Shown here in pieces: positions 12,378 through 22,509 of a stretch of 64,000 nucleotides of DNA. Made by a program: the position numbers and the translations under genes. The stretch is taken from positions 2,813-66,812 of the forward strand of contig CAZSWF010000001.1 of assembly GCA_964610995.1 (NCBI GenBank), written 5' to 3'. Numbering within the stretch: position 1 is the first letter of the stretch; every line of letters begins with the position of its first letter. The stretch comes from an uncultured Candidatus Saccharibacteria bacterium. Its GTDB lineage: Bacteria; Patescibacteriota; Minisyncoccia; Phycocordibacterales; UBA9973. Below the pieces are notes generated by a model, which did no database searches, was not told the origin of the DNA, and saw only the letters and a program-made list of their open reading frames with translations.

Positions 12378-12378
12378 T

Positions 12379-13260
12379 ATGGACAAAGAAGCCCTCACAG
12401 CGCGTATTGCCGAGATAGAAGCTGCTATGATGGACGGCGCATTTTGGAATGACGTACCCCAGGCGCAAGCCCAGATCAAAGAGCTCCAAGACCTCAAAGA
12501 CAAGATGGAAGGCGTCGGCACATATGACAAAGGCAACGCTATTGTCACTATTTTCTCTGGTGCGGGAGGAGACGATGCCGAAGACTTCTCAGGTATGCTG
12601 CTGCGCATGTATACGCGATACGCTGAGCGCAAAGGCTGGGGCGTGTCGGTTATCTATAGTAGCGACAACGATCACGGTGGCTATCGCAACGTGAGTTTCG
12701 AGATCGCGGGCAAAGGCGCATTTGGCACGCTCAAGAACGAGTCGGGTGTGCATCGACTGGTGCGCATCTCACCATTTAACAGCGCCGCAAAACGCCAGAC
12801 ATCTTTTTCACTTGTCGAAGTCATCCCCAAGCTCGACAAGACAGATACACATGTGGTGATCCCTGACACTGATCTAGAAATATCATTTGCGCGTGCCGGT
12901 GGACCCGGCGGACAAAATGTAAACAAACGAGAAACTGCGGTACGCATGGTACACATACCTACGGGTCTCTCGGTGCATGTGACGAGTGAGCGCAGCCAAG
13001 AACAAAACAGAGACAAGGCACTCGAGCTCCTCAAAGGCAAACTATACAAACGCCAAGAAGAAGAACGTATAGCAAAAGAAAAAGGTCTGTATATATCCAA
13101 GACCACCGATATCGAGTGGGGCAACCAGATACGCTCCTACGTACTACATCCGTACAAAATGGTAAAAGATCATCGCACCGCTGTAGAGACGGGGAATGTA
13201 GACAAGGTGCTCGAAGATGGAAACCTCGATGACTTTATAGAAGCTGAGCGAAATTTGTAG
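12379..13260 (+). CDS. prfB: Peptide chain release factor 2 (short form, uninterrupted ORF)
   Basis: SPF tripeptide (RISPFNSA) and GGQ ([11 protein letters not shown]); 293 aa; no in-frame UGA/+1 frameshift site. Confidence 0.85.
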   Translation: MDKEALTARIAEIEAAMMDGAFWNDVPQAQAQIKELQDLKDKMEGVGTYDKGNAIVTIFSGAGGDDAEDFSGMLLRMYTRYAERKGWGVSVIYSSDNDHGGYRNVSFEIAGKGAFGTLKNESGVHRLVRISPFNSAAKRQTSFSLVEVIPKLDKTDTHVVIPDTDLEISFARAGGPGGQNVNKRETAVRMVHIPTGLSVHVTSERSQEQNRDKALELLKGKLYKRQEEERIAKEKGLYISKTTDIEWGNQIRSYVLHPYKMVKDHRTAVETGNVDKVLEDGNLDDFIEAERNL

Positions 13261-13290
13261 CTTTTGTAGCTATGGTATACTACATACCTC

Positions 13291-13971
13291 ATGATCAAGT
13301 TTGTAAACGTATCCAAAGTGTATCCCAACGGTGCAGTCGCGCTCGAAAATGTTAATTTGGAAATCGAGACAGGGGAGTTCGTCACACTCATCGGTCCCTC
13401 TGGTGCAGGCAAGACTACACTCACCAAATTGATTCTTGCCGAAGAAGAACCAAGCGAAGGCACAGTTTTGTTTGAAAATATTGATATCAACGCATTCAAT
13501 CGTGCAGACACTACCAAGCTACGTCGTCGTGTTGGGACCGTGTTTCAAGAGTTTCGTTTGCTCGGGAGCAAGACCGCGTACGAAAACATTGCATTTGCAA
13601 TGGAAGCCGCAGGCAAAAGTGATGCAGAGATCACCTCAGATGTGCCGCATGTGCTGCAGCTCGTCGATCTCCAAGACCGTATGTTCCATTTCCCCAACCA
13701 GCTCTCAGGAGGTGAGAAGCAGCGTCTTGCGATTGCGCGTGCGATCATCAACCAACCTGAAGTCTTGATTGCAGATGAGCCGACGGGTAACCTCGACGAA
13801 GCCAACACCAAAGAAGTCGTTCATATTTTGAAAAAAATCAATGATCTCGGCACAACAGTGATCCTCACTACACATGACCCGCTCCTCATCCATGCGGTTG
13901 GCAAACGACTCATTAGTATGGAAAAAGGTCGTGTGGTCGGCGACGAGATACGTAAACTCAAAGACAAATAA
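13291..13971 (+). CDS. ftsE: Cell division ATP-binding protein FtsE
   Basis: Walker [13 protein letters not shown] signature LSGGEKQR, Walker B LIADEPTG; adjacent ftsX. Confidence 0.9.
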   Translation: MIKFVNVSKVYPNGAVALENVNLEIETGEFVTLIGPSGAGKTTLTKLILAEEEPSEGTVLFENIDINAFNRADTTKLRRRVGTVFQEFRLLGSKTAYENIAFAMEAAGKSDAEITSDVPHVLQLVDLQDRMFHFPNQLSGGEKQRLAIARAIINQPEVLIADEPTGNLDEANTKEVVHILKKINDLGTTVILTTHDPLLIHAVGKRLISMEKGRVVGDEIRKLKDK

Positions 13972-13985
13972 GGTATACTACAGAT

Positions 13986-14909
13986 ATGTTTTGGATCAGA
14001 CTACAACGAGTACTGCGCAGTGGATGGATCAATTTCCGTCGCAATGGGCTCGTATCGTACGCAGCTATTTTGGTGACGACTATCACGCTTTCGGTTGCAA
14101 CCGGTATATTTCTTGCACAGGCAGTACTTGATAGTGCCATTACACAAGTCCAAGAAAAAGTAGACATCGCAGTGTATTTCAAGGTAGATGCTTCAGAAGA
14201 TAGTATTTTGGCGCTTCAGGAGACATTGCAAACACTGCCAGAAGTCTCTACTACTGCCTATATTTCTGCAGATGACCAGGTGCTCAACTTCCGCGAGCGT
14301 CATGCTGACGACTATCTCACACTTCAGGCACTCGAAGAATTGGGAGAAAATCCATTCGGAGGATCGCTCTTGATCAAGGCAAAAGATTCGACACAGTATG
14401 AATCTATCGCGCGTGTTCTCGAAGGCGATAGCGATATTGCACGAGACAATGCAGTGATCATCGAGCGTATCAACTATTCGCAAAACAAACTTGTCATCGA
14501 TCGACTCAACATGCTCATCGCCAACATCAACGATATTGGATTTGCGGTCACCTTTGTCCTCGGCCTCATCTCTATCGTGATCGTGTACACGACGGTGCGT
14601 CTCACTATCTATATCGCCAAAGAAGAAATAGGTATCATGCGTCTCGTGGGTGCGAGTACTGCATACGTACGCGCACCATTTATGGTAGGGGGGCTGTTGT
14701 ACGGCTTCTTTGCCTTCTTGATCTCGGTCGCTCTATTTTTACCGCTGACATATTTTGCTGGGCGACACGCTACCGACATTCTCGGTTTCAACATCTACAC
14801 ATACTACCTCACTCACTTCTTTTCTATCGGGGGCGTGGTGCTCCTCATCGGCCTTTTCCTTGGAGCTGTCTCGAGCTATCTGGCAGTACGACGATACTTG
14901 GACGTCTAG
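13986..14909 (+). CDS. ftsX: Cell division permease FtsX
   Basis: TM1, large extracytoplasmic loop, 3 C-terminal TMs; downstream of ftsE. Confidence 0.85.
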   Translation: MFWIRLQRVLRSGWINFRRNGLVSYAAILVTTITLSVATGIFLAQAVLDSAITQVQEKVDIAVYFKVDASEDSILALQETLQTLPEVSTTAYISADDQVLNFRERHADDYLTLQALEELGENPFGGSLLIKAKDSTQYESIARVLEGDSDIARDNAVIIERINYSQNKLVIDRLNMLIANINDIGFAVTFVLGLISIVIVYTTVRLTIYIAKEEIGIMRLVGASTAYVRAPFMVGGLLYGFFAFLISVALFLPLTYFAGRHATDILGFNIYTYYLTHFFSIGGVVLLIGLFLGAVSSYLAVRRYLDV

Positions 14910-14969
14910 CCTACGGTGCTCTGCTCGGGTTGAAAAATCCGAGTTTTTACGTATAATGAGCGGACAAAT

Positions 14970-15042
14970 TGCGGAATCGTCTAATGGTAGGACGCATCCC
15001 TCTGGAGGATGTTATCTTGGTTCGAGTCCAGGTTCCGCAGCA
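14970..15042 (+). tRNA. tRNA-Pro (anticodon TGG)
   Basis: TGCGGAATCGTCTAATGGTAGGACGCATCCCTCTGGAGGATGTTATCTTGGTTCGAGTCCAGGTTCCGCAG; U1-A72. Confidence 0.75.
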
Positions 15043-15180
15043 AAGTTGACGTATTGCTATCCCCATTTCTAATAAAAATACGGCTCGTCATATCGTGATA
15101 TAGTACAAGTACATAGTACGTGGATGGATCGCACCGGATGCTATGCATTAACATATTTATTTTGTATTTTTGAAACCATT

Positions 15181-15483
15181 ATGAAAAAAATCTTAGCAAC
15201 AGGGGCAATGCTCGCATACATCACGTGGTTCAACTCCACAGGTGCACTGGCGGCGACCATGCCCGAGATAGCAGCCAGTGAAGTACAAGGTCCCAAGCAT
15301 CACCAGAGTATGCGCCACACCAAGCGCGCACAAGACAAGCTCGTGCGCTTGGCAGAGAAGTTTGACATTGATTATGCCGAACTCGAGCGCGATCTCCAGA
15401 GCAACAAATCGATCAAAGAAATATTGAAGAAACATGGTATTACCAAGGCCCAGTTTCGAGAAGTGATGGGCAAGCGCCGCTAA
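15181..15483 (+). CDS. Small secreted hypothetical protein
   Basis: Signal peptide MKKILATGAMLAYITWFNSTGALA; charged helical remainder. Confidence 0.5.
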   Translation: MKKILATGAMLAYITWFNSTGALAATMPEIAASEVQGPKHHQSMRHTKRAQDKLVRLAEKFDIDYAELERDLQSNKSIKEILKKHGITKAQFREVMGKRR

Positions 15484-15502
15484 GGCGGTGTATACTGTAC
15501 CT

Positions 15503-15748
15503 ATGACTACACTCGCGCACGCAGACATGTTCTTCTTTATTTCGACGATTTGCTTTGTACTTCTGACCATCTGTGGGGTCGTGATACTCGTCTATGTGAT
15601 CGGTATCGTACGTAGTATCAAGAAAGCATCGGATACTATCAGTAGTAGCCTGGCAGATGTCAGTGCCGACACTCAAGCGTTCATTCGCGACATCCGTGAG
15701 AGTATGGTGTACCGTATGTTCTTTGGGAGCCCACGCAAACGAAAATAA
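15503..15748 (+). CDS. Small membrane protein (1 TM + amphipathic tail)
   Basis: FFFISTICFVLLTICGVVILVYVIGIV TM segment. Confidence 0.45.
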   Translation: MTTLAHADMFFFISTICFVLLTICGVVILVYVIGIVRSIKKASDTISSSLADVSADTQAFIRDIRESMVYRMFFGSPRKRK

Positions 15749-15796
15749 ATCGAAATAGGGTATACTAGAGCATTAGCAGCACAATACAGAACCGTT

Positions 15797-16189
15797 ATGA
15801 AAAAGAATACAACAGCAGACATGTCAAAAGGAAAGATCGTGGCTATTGGTGCCAGTGTGGCAGCACTCGCAGCAGCGTCGTACTATTTCTTTGGTCCCAA
15901 TGGGAAAAAGAATCGAACCGCCGCAAAAGGATGGATGATCAAAATGAAGGGTGAGATCGTAGACAAAATGGAAGACGCCAAAGAAGTCACCCAAGACGTC
16001 TATAATGCAATCGTAGACAAGGTAGCAGCTGGCTATGCCAAGAACGCCAAGGCGCACCCAGAGCTTGCACTCTATGTAGAGACACTCAAAAAGCAGTGGA
16101 AGGGGATCACCAAGTCGTTTGCTCCCAAGAAAAAGTCAGTGAAAAAAGTAGCGAAAAAAGCCGCCCCCAAGAAAGCTGCAAAGAAATAG
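15797..16189 (+). CDS. Membrane-anchored protein with Lys/Ala-rich histone-H1-like C-terminal tail
   Basis: N-terminal TM (IVAIGASVAALAAASYYFF), C-terminal KKKSVKKVAKKAAPKKAAKK. Confidence 0.55.
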   Translation: MKKNTTADMSKGKIVAIGASVAALAAASYYFFGPNGKKNRTAAKGWMIKMKGEIVDKMEDAKEVTQDVYNAIVDKVAAGYAKNAKAHPELALYVETLKKQWKGITKSFAPKKKSVKKVAKKAAPKKAAKK

Positions 16190-16250
16190 CTTGCACACCG
16201 CTGTGGGAGGGCTATACTTACTGTGTTACTAGACAAATAACACATTCACT

Positions 16251-16403
16251 ATGCTTACAACTATCGCAGTTATCTTGCTCGTATTATGGTTGCTCGGGGT
16301 ATTGGGGTTCTACGCAATCGGTGGCTTCATCCACGTACTCCTCGTAGTAGCAGTGATCATGATCTTGATCCGACTTATTCGTGGTCAAAACCCGATAAAA
16401 TAA
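16251..16403 (+). CDS. Small hydrophobic protein (50 aa), Lmo0937-like family; missed by ORF track (<60 aa)
   Basis: MLTTIAVILLVLWLLGVLGFYAIGGFIHVLLVVAVIMILIRLIRGQNPIK; followed by terminator. Confidence 0.55.
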   Translation: MLTTIAVILLVLWLLGVLGFYAIGGFIHVLLVVAVIMILIRLIRGQNPIK

Positions 16404-16423
16404 CTAGAAATAGTACTCTCACA

Positions 16424-16448
16424 AAAAGCCCTCGAGGGCTTTTTGCTT
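16424..16448 (+). terminator. Rho-independent terminator (AAAAGCCCTCGAGGGCTTTTT)
   Basis: Perfect GC-rich palindromic stem plus T-tract. Confidence 0.6.
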
Positions 16449-16459
16449 TGTGGTACGAT

Positions 16460-17287
16460 ATGGCCATGAATGCCCCAGAGAGTGCTACAGAGCGTAGCTT
16501 TGTACGGATAGTGGAAGCGTACTACAAGAAGTATGGCCGTCACGACTTGCCCTGGCGCCACACCACCGATCCATACCACATCGCAGTGTCAGAGATCATG
16601 CTCCAGCAGACACAGGTCGCTCGTGTGATAGAGAAATACACACAGTTCCTACAGACATTTCCCACCATACAGGCGCTCGCACGCGCTCCGCTCGCACAGG
16701 TGCTCGGACTGTGGAGCGGGCTCGGGTACAACCGTCGTGCCAAATATCTACACCAGATGGCGCACGCAGTCGTACAGGAGCACACAGGGCGGTTCCCAGA
16801 TACATATCAAGGTCTGCTCGCGCTTCCTGGTATCGGACCGTACACTGCCGGTGCTATATACGCATTTGCATACAACAAACCCATACCCGTCATTGAAACA
16901 AATATACGTACTGTGTATATCCACCATTTTTTTCCAAAGAAAGATAAACTTTTAGATACAGACTTGATGAAGATCATAGAAAAAACACTTGATCAGAAAA
17001 AGCCGCGAGAATGGTACTGGGCGCTCATGGACTATGGATCATATCTGAAATCCACAGGTATCAAAAACAATGCCAAGAGTAAGCACTATACCAAACAGTC
17101 CAAGTTTGAAGGATCCAAGAGACAGATCAGAGGAGCAATCATGCGCGAGCTTCTCAAAGGACCGATGACGATAGTAAAAATAGTGAAGGCTGTCGATAAA
17201 GAGCAAGGAAGTGTAGAGAAAGTATTGGATGATCTGGTGAGAGAAGGGTTTGTGGAGAAGGTGAGGGGGAAGTACGTGGTAGTATAA
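16460..17287 (+). CDS. HhH-GPD DNA glycosylase (MutY/EndoIII-like catalytic domain, no Fe-S cysteines) with C-terminal winged-helix-like region
   Basis: HhH-GPD: LPGIGPYTAGAI, catalytic Asp context; lacks Cys-X6-C-X2-C-X5-C cluster; start at MAMNAPES. Confidence 0.75.
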   Translation: MAMNAPESATERSFVRIVEAYYKKYGRHDLPWRHTTDPYHIAVSEIMLQQTQVARVIEKYTQFLQTFPTIQALARAPLAQVLGLWSGLGYNRRAKYLHQMAHAVVQEHTGRFPDTYQGLLALPGIGPYTAGAIYAFAYNKPIPVIETNIRTVYIHHFFPKKDKLLDTDLMKIIEKTLDQKKPREWYWALMDYGSYLKSTGIKNNAKSKHYTKQSKFEGSKRQIRGAIMRELLKGPMTIVKIVKAVDKEQGSVEKVLDDLVREGFVEKVRGKYVVV

Positions 17288-17344
17288 GCCTGCTCCGAAT
17301 AGTAGAGGATGTTCAGAATAGTTTGGCGACGGTATAATGGTTTT

Positions 17345-17788
17345 ATGAATATCGGAATTGATTATGTAGGTATCACTACTCCATTTTATTGCCATGATGG
17401 AAAGGGTAATATTTTGATGCATAAAAGATCGAATCAGTGCAGAGACGAGCAGGGTAGATGGGATCCTGGTTCTGGTAAATTGGAGCATGACCTATCTTTA
17501 AAAGAAAATGTTCTTCAGGAGGTGTTTGAAGAATATGGTTGTAGAGGGGAGATAGAAGAACAGCTTCCTGCTCATGATATTGTTAGAGAACAAAATGGTA
17601 TAAAAACACATTGGGTTGCAGTTCCTTTTATTATCAAGATTGACCCAAATAAAGTGAAAAATGGAGAGCCTCACAAAATTGATGAAATTGGTTGGTTTAC
17701 TCTAGATAGATTACCTAAACCCTTACATACAGGATTTTCTTATACTCTTGAAAAGTACAGTGAGTATTTCAAGAAATACTTTAATTAA
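17345..17788 (+). CDS. NUDIX hydrolase (AT-rich gene)
   Basis: Nudix box GSGKLEHDLSLKENVLQEVFEEYG (GX5EX7REVXEEXG-like); markedly lower G+C than neighbours. Confidence 0.7.
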   Translation: MNIGIDYVGITTPFYCHDGKGNILMHKRSNQCRDEQGRWDPGSGKLEHDLSLKENVLQEVFEEYGCRGEIEEQLPAHDIVREQNGIKTHWVAVPFIIKIDPNKVKNGEPHKIDEIGWFTLDRLPKPLHTGFSYTLEKYSEYFKKYFN

Positions 17789-18928
17789 TTATTCCGCTCT
17801 CAATCTCCTTGTATACACCATCGCTCCTACCAGTAAAGCGGCGAGAACACCAAACAGGAGTCGCATGTCGCCGATCGCGAGTACAAGTGCTCCAGCGAGT
17901 GGTGCAATGATGTACGCAAGTGGGAGTGTCATACGGAGCGTACTGATGAGGGCAGTGTCGCGCTCGGTGACGTGCTTGAAAAACGCACTCTCGCCAGCTA
18001 CTTCGACGATACTTGCTCCTATACGAGTGAGAAATAGTACGAGCGCAAATACTACTGCCTTGGGTGGAAGTGGAAGTGCGAGGAGGAGTGTTGCAAGCGC
18101 AGTGATCGCAAAGCCAAGGCGCAAGAGATGTGGTTCGTTGTTGTATTTGTCAGCGATCTTGCCAGTCCAGTATTGAAATATGACAAACGGCAGTAGCATG
18201 ACCGAGAGGATAATACCGATCGTACCGAGACCAAATCCGAGACTACTGAGGTACGGCGTCATGTACAGCACCATCCATGCAAAGAAAAACTGCATAACGA
18301 AGTACAGTGTGACGATGCGTCGTGCGTACGGGTGCGCCACGAGTGCACGGAACGACTCGGTAAATGAGAGCTGTGGTACGTGGGTGTTGCCTGGGACTCG
18401 TGGTGTCGAGATGATCACTACGGTTGCTACGATCATTGCGATAGCTCCGGCTATGTAGGTACCAGCAAATCCTACTGTCCCTGCAATCAGGCTCGCTGCC
18501 ATCGGTGCGATCACCCAGCCAGCGTTGTTGAGCGTGAGGTAGAGCCCACGGATGTTGCCAGTGTTGTGCTCACGACTGTAGTGCTCGATCACGAGATCAA
18601 AGCCATACCATATGATGGTGTTGAGTGAGAAATACAGTACAAAGAGTGCGACAAATGCACTGTCGGTCGTACTGGTACCGAGGAGGCCGAGCACTACTGC
18701 CGATATCGCGAGTACTGTGATCAAGAATCTGCTCGAGCCCATGCGTCGCACGAGGTTGCCCGCACCGATCAGGAGCACAAATGCTAATGCAGACGCTACT
18801 GTGTACGCCACCGTCATGCCCTGCGCACTCGTATGTAGTGCGAGAGCGGTCGTGTTGAGATACGACAGTAGTGCGAGGTGGAGCGAAAAGAAAAATGATG
18901 CAAGAAATACTGGTCGAAGTGGGTGCAT
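17789..18928 (-). CDS. MFS transporter (12 TM)
   Basis: 12 predicted TM helices; MFS-type loop motifs; 379 aa. Confidence 0.8.
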   Translation of the reverse strand: MHPLRPVFLASFFFSLHLALLSYLNTTALALHTSAQGMTVAYTVASALAFVLLIGAGNLVRRMGSSRFLITVLAISAVVLGLLGTSTTDSAFVALFVLYFSLNTIIWYGFDLVIEHYSREHNTGNIRGLYLTLNNAGWVIAPMAASLIAGTVGFAGTYIAGAIAMIVATVVIISTPRVPGNTHVPQLSFTESFRALVAHPYARRIVTLYFVMQFFFAWMVLYMTPYLSSLGFGLGTIGIILSVMLLPFVIFQYWTGKIADKYNNEPHLLRLGFAITALATLLLALPLPPKAVVFALVLFLTRIGASIVEVAGESAFFKHVTERDTALISTLRMTLPLAYIIAPLAGALVLAIGDMRLLFGVLAALLVGAMVYTRRLRAE

Positions 18929-18929
18929 A

Positions 18930-20792
18930 CTAGAGTACTAGTATAACAGGGATCACGAGTGGACGCTTTGCGGTCTTTTGTAGCAAGTACTTGCTCACGG
19001 TCTCTGCGACGGTGTTTTTGAGGTTCTCGAGGTTGTTGGGGTCCATTTGTTTGGAGTATGTCTCGATGGTGCGCTTGGTGAGAATGCGAGTCTGGCGCAA
19101 GAGCTCTTGGTTTTCTTTGAGATAGACAAATCCGCGAGAGATAATGTCGGGACTCTTGCGTAGCATACCAGTCTGGCTGTTGATCACTGCCATTACCACA
19201 AACATACCGTCTTCGGCGAGCATTTGGCGGTCGCGAATGACCACGTTTTGTTCGTCACCGACTGAGAAGCCGTCGACCATCATAGGGCTCGATGGAGCCT
19301 TTTCTTTGCGCATGCCGATCTTGGTACCGCCGTGCGTGATTTCAATAATAGATCCGTTGTCTGGTACCACAATATGGTCTTCGGGCATGCCGAGTTCCAT
19401 AGCGAGCTCTTTGTGCAGTTCGAGATGGTAGTGGTTGCCGTGAATAGGGATAAAGAATTTCGCATGCATTTTGCGGTGGAGCCACTTGATGTCTTCTTTG
19501 TTGCCGTGACCAGTCGCGTGGACGAAGTCCTCACCAGGAGTACGGTATGAGATGATCTTGACACCTTGGCGAGAGAGACCGTCTTTCATCGCTTGAACTG
19601 AGCGCTCGTTTCCAGGGATGACTGACGCCGAGAGAATGATGCGGTCGCCTTTGCGCAGCACGAGTTTTTTATTCGTTTTGTTTGCTGCACGGTTGAGCGC
19701 CCCAAACTCTTCTCCTTGCGCACCAGTGATGAGCACGAGGATGCGATCTGGTGGGTACTTGTCGATGTCTTCGATAGGAATGATCGTACCTTTTTGTGGC
19801 TTGAGCAGGCCTGCTTGGATGATGACGTCGATGTTGGTCTTCATTGATCGGCCTTCTACTACGATCTTTTTCCCGAGGTCTTCGGCGATCTGTACGATCT
19901 TGATCAGACGAGTGATGTGAGAGGCGAACGCTGCAATGAGAATACGGTTGTTTTTCTCACGACGCAAGATAGCCTCGATACCTTGGTGTACCTTGATCTC
20001 GGCGAGAGAGAACCCTTCGTTTTCGATGTTGGTCGAGTCGGTCATCAGGAGCAGGTTGTTGGCGTTGTCAAACTGCGCGTATTCTTTTTCTTCACTTTCT
20101 GAGACGACGCCGTCGATCTGGTCGAGCTTGTAGTCACCAGGAGTCACGATGTCACCGTATGGTGTCTCGATGACGATACCCATAGAGTCTGGGATCGTGT
20201 GAGTCACACCCCAAAAACGAATCTTGAGTTTTCCGATCATGACTGATTGGTCTTTTTCGACAACGATTGCGTTCATCGGGGGTAAGTGCGTAAACTCCGC
20301 TTGACGTTTTTGCGTCATGAGTACGGTTAGGTTGCGAGAGTATACTGGGGGGTTACCGATACGAGAAAGTACAAGCGGTACACCTCCGATGTGATCAAGG
20401 TGACCGTGCGTGATGATGAGTGCGCGGATTTTTTCTTTGCGCTCTTCGAGGTAGCGAGTATTGGGGATCACGTAGTCGATACCAGGAGTCGATTCATTGG
20501 AGAACGACATACCTGCATCGATGACGATGATGTCATCTCCGATCTCGATAGCGGTCATGTTTTTGCCGATTTCTTCGACACCACCGAGTGGAATGACGCG
20601 AATCACTCCTTCTTCTGGTGCAGGGATATGTGCAGTCTTGCGATCAGTGGGTTCTGCCATTACATCGATCGGTCCTCCAGGGTGCGGAGGTTTGCGTCCA
20701 CGATCAAATGCTCGTCGATTTCCAAATCGCTTGGGTTTTGAAAAAGGTTTTTTGGGGGTTGTTGTTGGTTTTGGGTGTGTTGTGTGTTCCAT
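18930..20792 (-). CDS. rnj: Ribonuclease J (beta-CASP metallo-beta-lactamase) with basic Pro-rich N-terminal extension
   Basis: HxHxDH (ITHGHLDHIGG), beta-CASP motifs, C-terminal domain; 620 aa. Confidence 0.9.
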   Translation of the reverse strand: MEHTTHPKPTTTPKKPFSKPKRFGNRRAFDRGRKPPHPGGPIDVMAEPTDRKTAHIPAPEEGVIRVIPLGGVEEIGKNMTAIEIGDDIIVIDAGMSFSNESTPGIDYVIPNTRYLEERKEKIRALIITHGHLDHIGGVPLVLSRIGNPPVYSRNLTVLMTQKRQAEFTHLPPMNAIVVEKDQSVMIGKLKIRFWGVTHTIPDSMGIVIETPYGDIVTPGDYKLDQIDGVVSESEEKEYAQFDNANNLLLMTDSTNIENEGFSLAEIKVHQGIEAILRREKNNRILIAAFASHITRLIKIVQIAEDLGKKIVVEGRSMKTNIDVIIQAGLLKPQKGTIIPIEDIDKYPPDRILVLITGAQGEEFGALNRAANKTNKKLVLRKGDRIILSASVIPGNERSVQAMKDGLSRQGVKIISYRTPGEDFVHATGHGNKEDIKWLHRKMHAKFFIPIHGNHYHLELHKELAMELGMPEDHIVVPDNGSIIEITHGGTKIGMRKEKAPSSPMMVDGFSVGDEQNVVIRDRQMLAEDGMFVVMAVINSQTGMLRKSPDIISRGFVYLKENQELLRQTRILTKRTIETYSKQMDPNNLENLKNTVAETVSKYLLQKTAKRPLVIPVILVL

Positions 20793-20795
20793 ATA

Positions 20796-22223
20796 TTATT
20801 TGTTGAAAATTTTCCATACGTTGTTGGTCCGTACATACCAGCGTGCGCTGGATCTGTATCGATCTCCACCAGGCTGTGCGGGTAGGTCGATAGAGACTGA
20901 CCGACGGTGGATCAATGGATCGGTCGGTACATAGAGTGGGACTGCCAAGGTATATCCTGGCGGTATATCGCGTGCGCGCAATGAATCTAAAAAGAGTGTG
21001 TATCGAGCGTTGCGTACATCATCCTGAAACAGACCACGGTTAAATGCTTGGATAGTGAGCGTACTGCCACGGGCAGCGAGCTGGTCGCGCAGTGCGTATC
21101 CTACTGCAAGCAGTGTCGGGTCGTTGAGTACCGCCATCGAAAAGTCGGGAGGCGTAGTCTCAGGAGTGTCTGTTGGAGTACCCAGAGGTATTCCGTAACC
21201 AAGCTCTATAGTATCAACGATCTGTTTTTTGTCAATCGTACCGCCAACTACACTGAGGGATGATTGCGATATATCGCTACGGGCATAGACTCCTACAGTC
21301 ATACCAGTGTCGATCGGTGTCTGCTCATAGGTAGTTACCATTGCTGCTGTCTGTGGAGTCGCTGCAAATGTCATATCGATCTCTCGCGCGTCGAGTGCAG
21401 AGAGTAGTGCTGCCTGGTTTGCGAAAAATATGATCTGGTACGTATCAATAAATGGCTTGGGGTGTACATAGTGTCTGTTGCGCTTCAGGGTGACCGACGT
21501 AGTGACCCCATCAGTCTCGGTACGGGTGCGCCACACAAATGGTCCTGATCCGACAGGGGTGAGTGTGTACGGTGAGACCTCCATAGACGTACCCGCCTGA
21601 TCCCATATGTGCATCGGTATGATACCGACAGTAGCGAGCTCTAAAAATGAAGCACGAGGAGTGGGGAGTGTGACGACTACTGTTTGCGGATCGGGGGCAG
21701 TGGCAACGACACCTCGCCAGTCTGTATCTGTCATAGCAAGTGTGTCGATGGTAAATACTACGTCACTACTAGTCAGTGGTGCACCGTCACTCCATTTGAG
21801 ATCAGGGTGGAGGGTAAAGGTGTACTCTGTGCCACTCGGAGATACGGTATACGACGCAGCGAGGTCGCCGACGATGCCATCATCACTCTCGCGCACGAGT
21901 CCACTATAGAGGAGCTGTACAAGTGCTCGATCTGTCTCGGTACTCGCAAGGAGTGGTTGTACCAGGCGTGGTGCACCGATCATGCCCTCTATAAGTGTGC
22001 CGCCACGAGCCGGCACAGTCGTTAGAAAGCTCTGGTTGATCGAGAGTATGAGTATGTATACCGATACAAGTATCGCGATACCGAGCGCATAGAGGCCGAT
22101 ACCGTACCATGAGAGTGGTCGAGCTAGCACACGACGGAGCGCGTCGCGAGGGGGGAGTTTGTGTGTAGTGAGGAATGAAAAAAAGGTCGCCATGAAGTGA
22201 GGCTCACCCGGTACCTGTAGCAA
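20796..22223 (-). CDS. ABC transporter substrate-binding protein, family 5 (OppA/DppA-like), membrane anchored
   Basis: SBP_bac_5-like N-lobe (GGTL..G.IG....L.P......TD..L..LL..GLV); N-terminal TM. Confidence 0.7.
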   Translation of the reverse strand: MLQVPGEPHFMATFFSFLTTHKLPPRDALRRVLARPLSWYGIGLYALGIAILVSVYILILSINQSFLTTVPARGGTLIEGMIGAPRLVQPLLASTETDRALVQLLYSGLVRESDDGIVGDLAASYTVSPSGTEYTFTLHPDLKWSDGAPLTSSDVVFTIDTLAMTDTDWRGVVATAPDPQTVVVTLPTPRASFLELATVGIIPMHIWDQAGTSMEVSPYTLTPVGSGPFVWRTRTETDGVTTSVTLKRNRHYVHPKPFIDTYQIIFFANQAALLSALDAREIDMTFAATPQTAAMVTTYEQTPIDTGMTVGVYARSDISQSSLSVVGGTIDKKQIVDTIELGYGIPLGTPTDTPETTPPDFSMAVLNDPTLLAVGYALRDQLAARGSTLTIQAFNRGLFQDDVRNARYTLFLDSLRARDIPPGYTLAVPLYVPTDPLIHRRSVSIDLPAQPGGDRYRSSARWYVRTNNVWKIFNK

Positions 22224-22442
22224 CTACAGGACAATGACTGCAAGACTAGATCCTGCAAAAACAACTGCAGCACTCACTGTCAGGATAAAGAGCAGACGCT
22301 CTGCTCCGCGACGTGTCTGGAAAAATGATAGGGAATCGCCCCCAAGTGATGTGCCGCTGTCGCCTTGTGAACGTTGAAGGAGGACAAGAACGATAAGTGC
22401 GATACTTGAGATAATCTGAATGAGATGCAGTGTGTATGTCAT
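22224..22442 (-). CDS. secG: Preprotein translocase subunit SecG
   Basis: VLLQRSQGDSGTSLGGDSLSFF matches SecG signature (LLQ..G.GL...FGG); 2 TM. Confidence 0.7.
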   Translation of the reverse strand: MTYTLHLIQIISSIALIVLVLLQRSQGDSGTSLGGDSLSFFQTRRGAERLLFILTVSAAVVFAGSSLAVIVL

Positions 22443-22509
22443 AGGTGAAACGTGATAAGTATAGCAGAAAAGAATATAAACGCGATGCTTGACAAAGACC
22501 AATAGTATT

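Noticed and set aside
12355-12378. Upstream 8 codons of the prfB ORF (MWYKKRRS) and a possible RF2 frameshift
   Set aside because: Overlap the GT4 gene end; no CUU UGA frameshift cassette; ATG at 12379 gives a normal RF2 N-terminus.
14755-15072. 105-aa ORF covering tRNA-Pro
   Set aside because: Shadow ORF across the ftsX 3' end and a tRNA gene; no coding features.
16286-16459. N-terminal 58 codons of the 333-aa glycosylase ORF
   Set aside because: Overlaps an independent small membrane-protein gene and its terminator in another frame; glycosylase homology starts at 16460.
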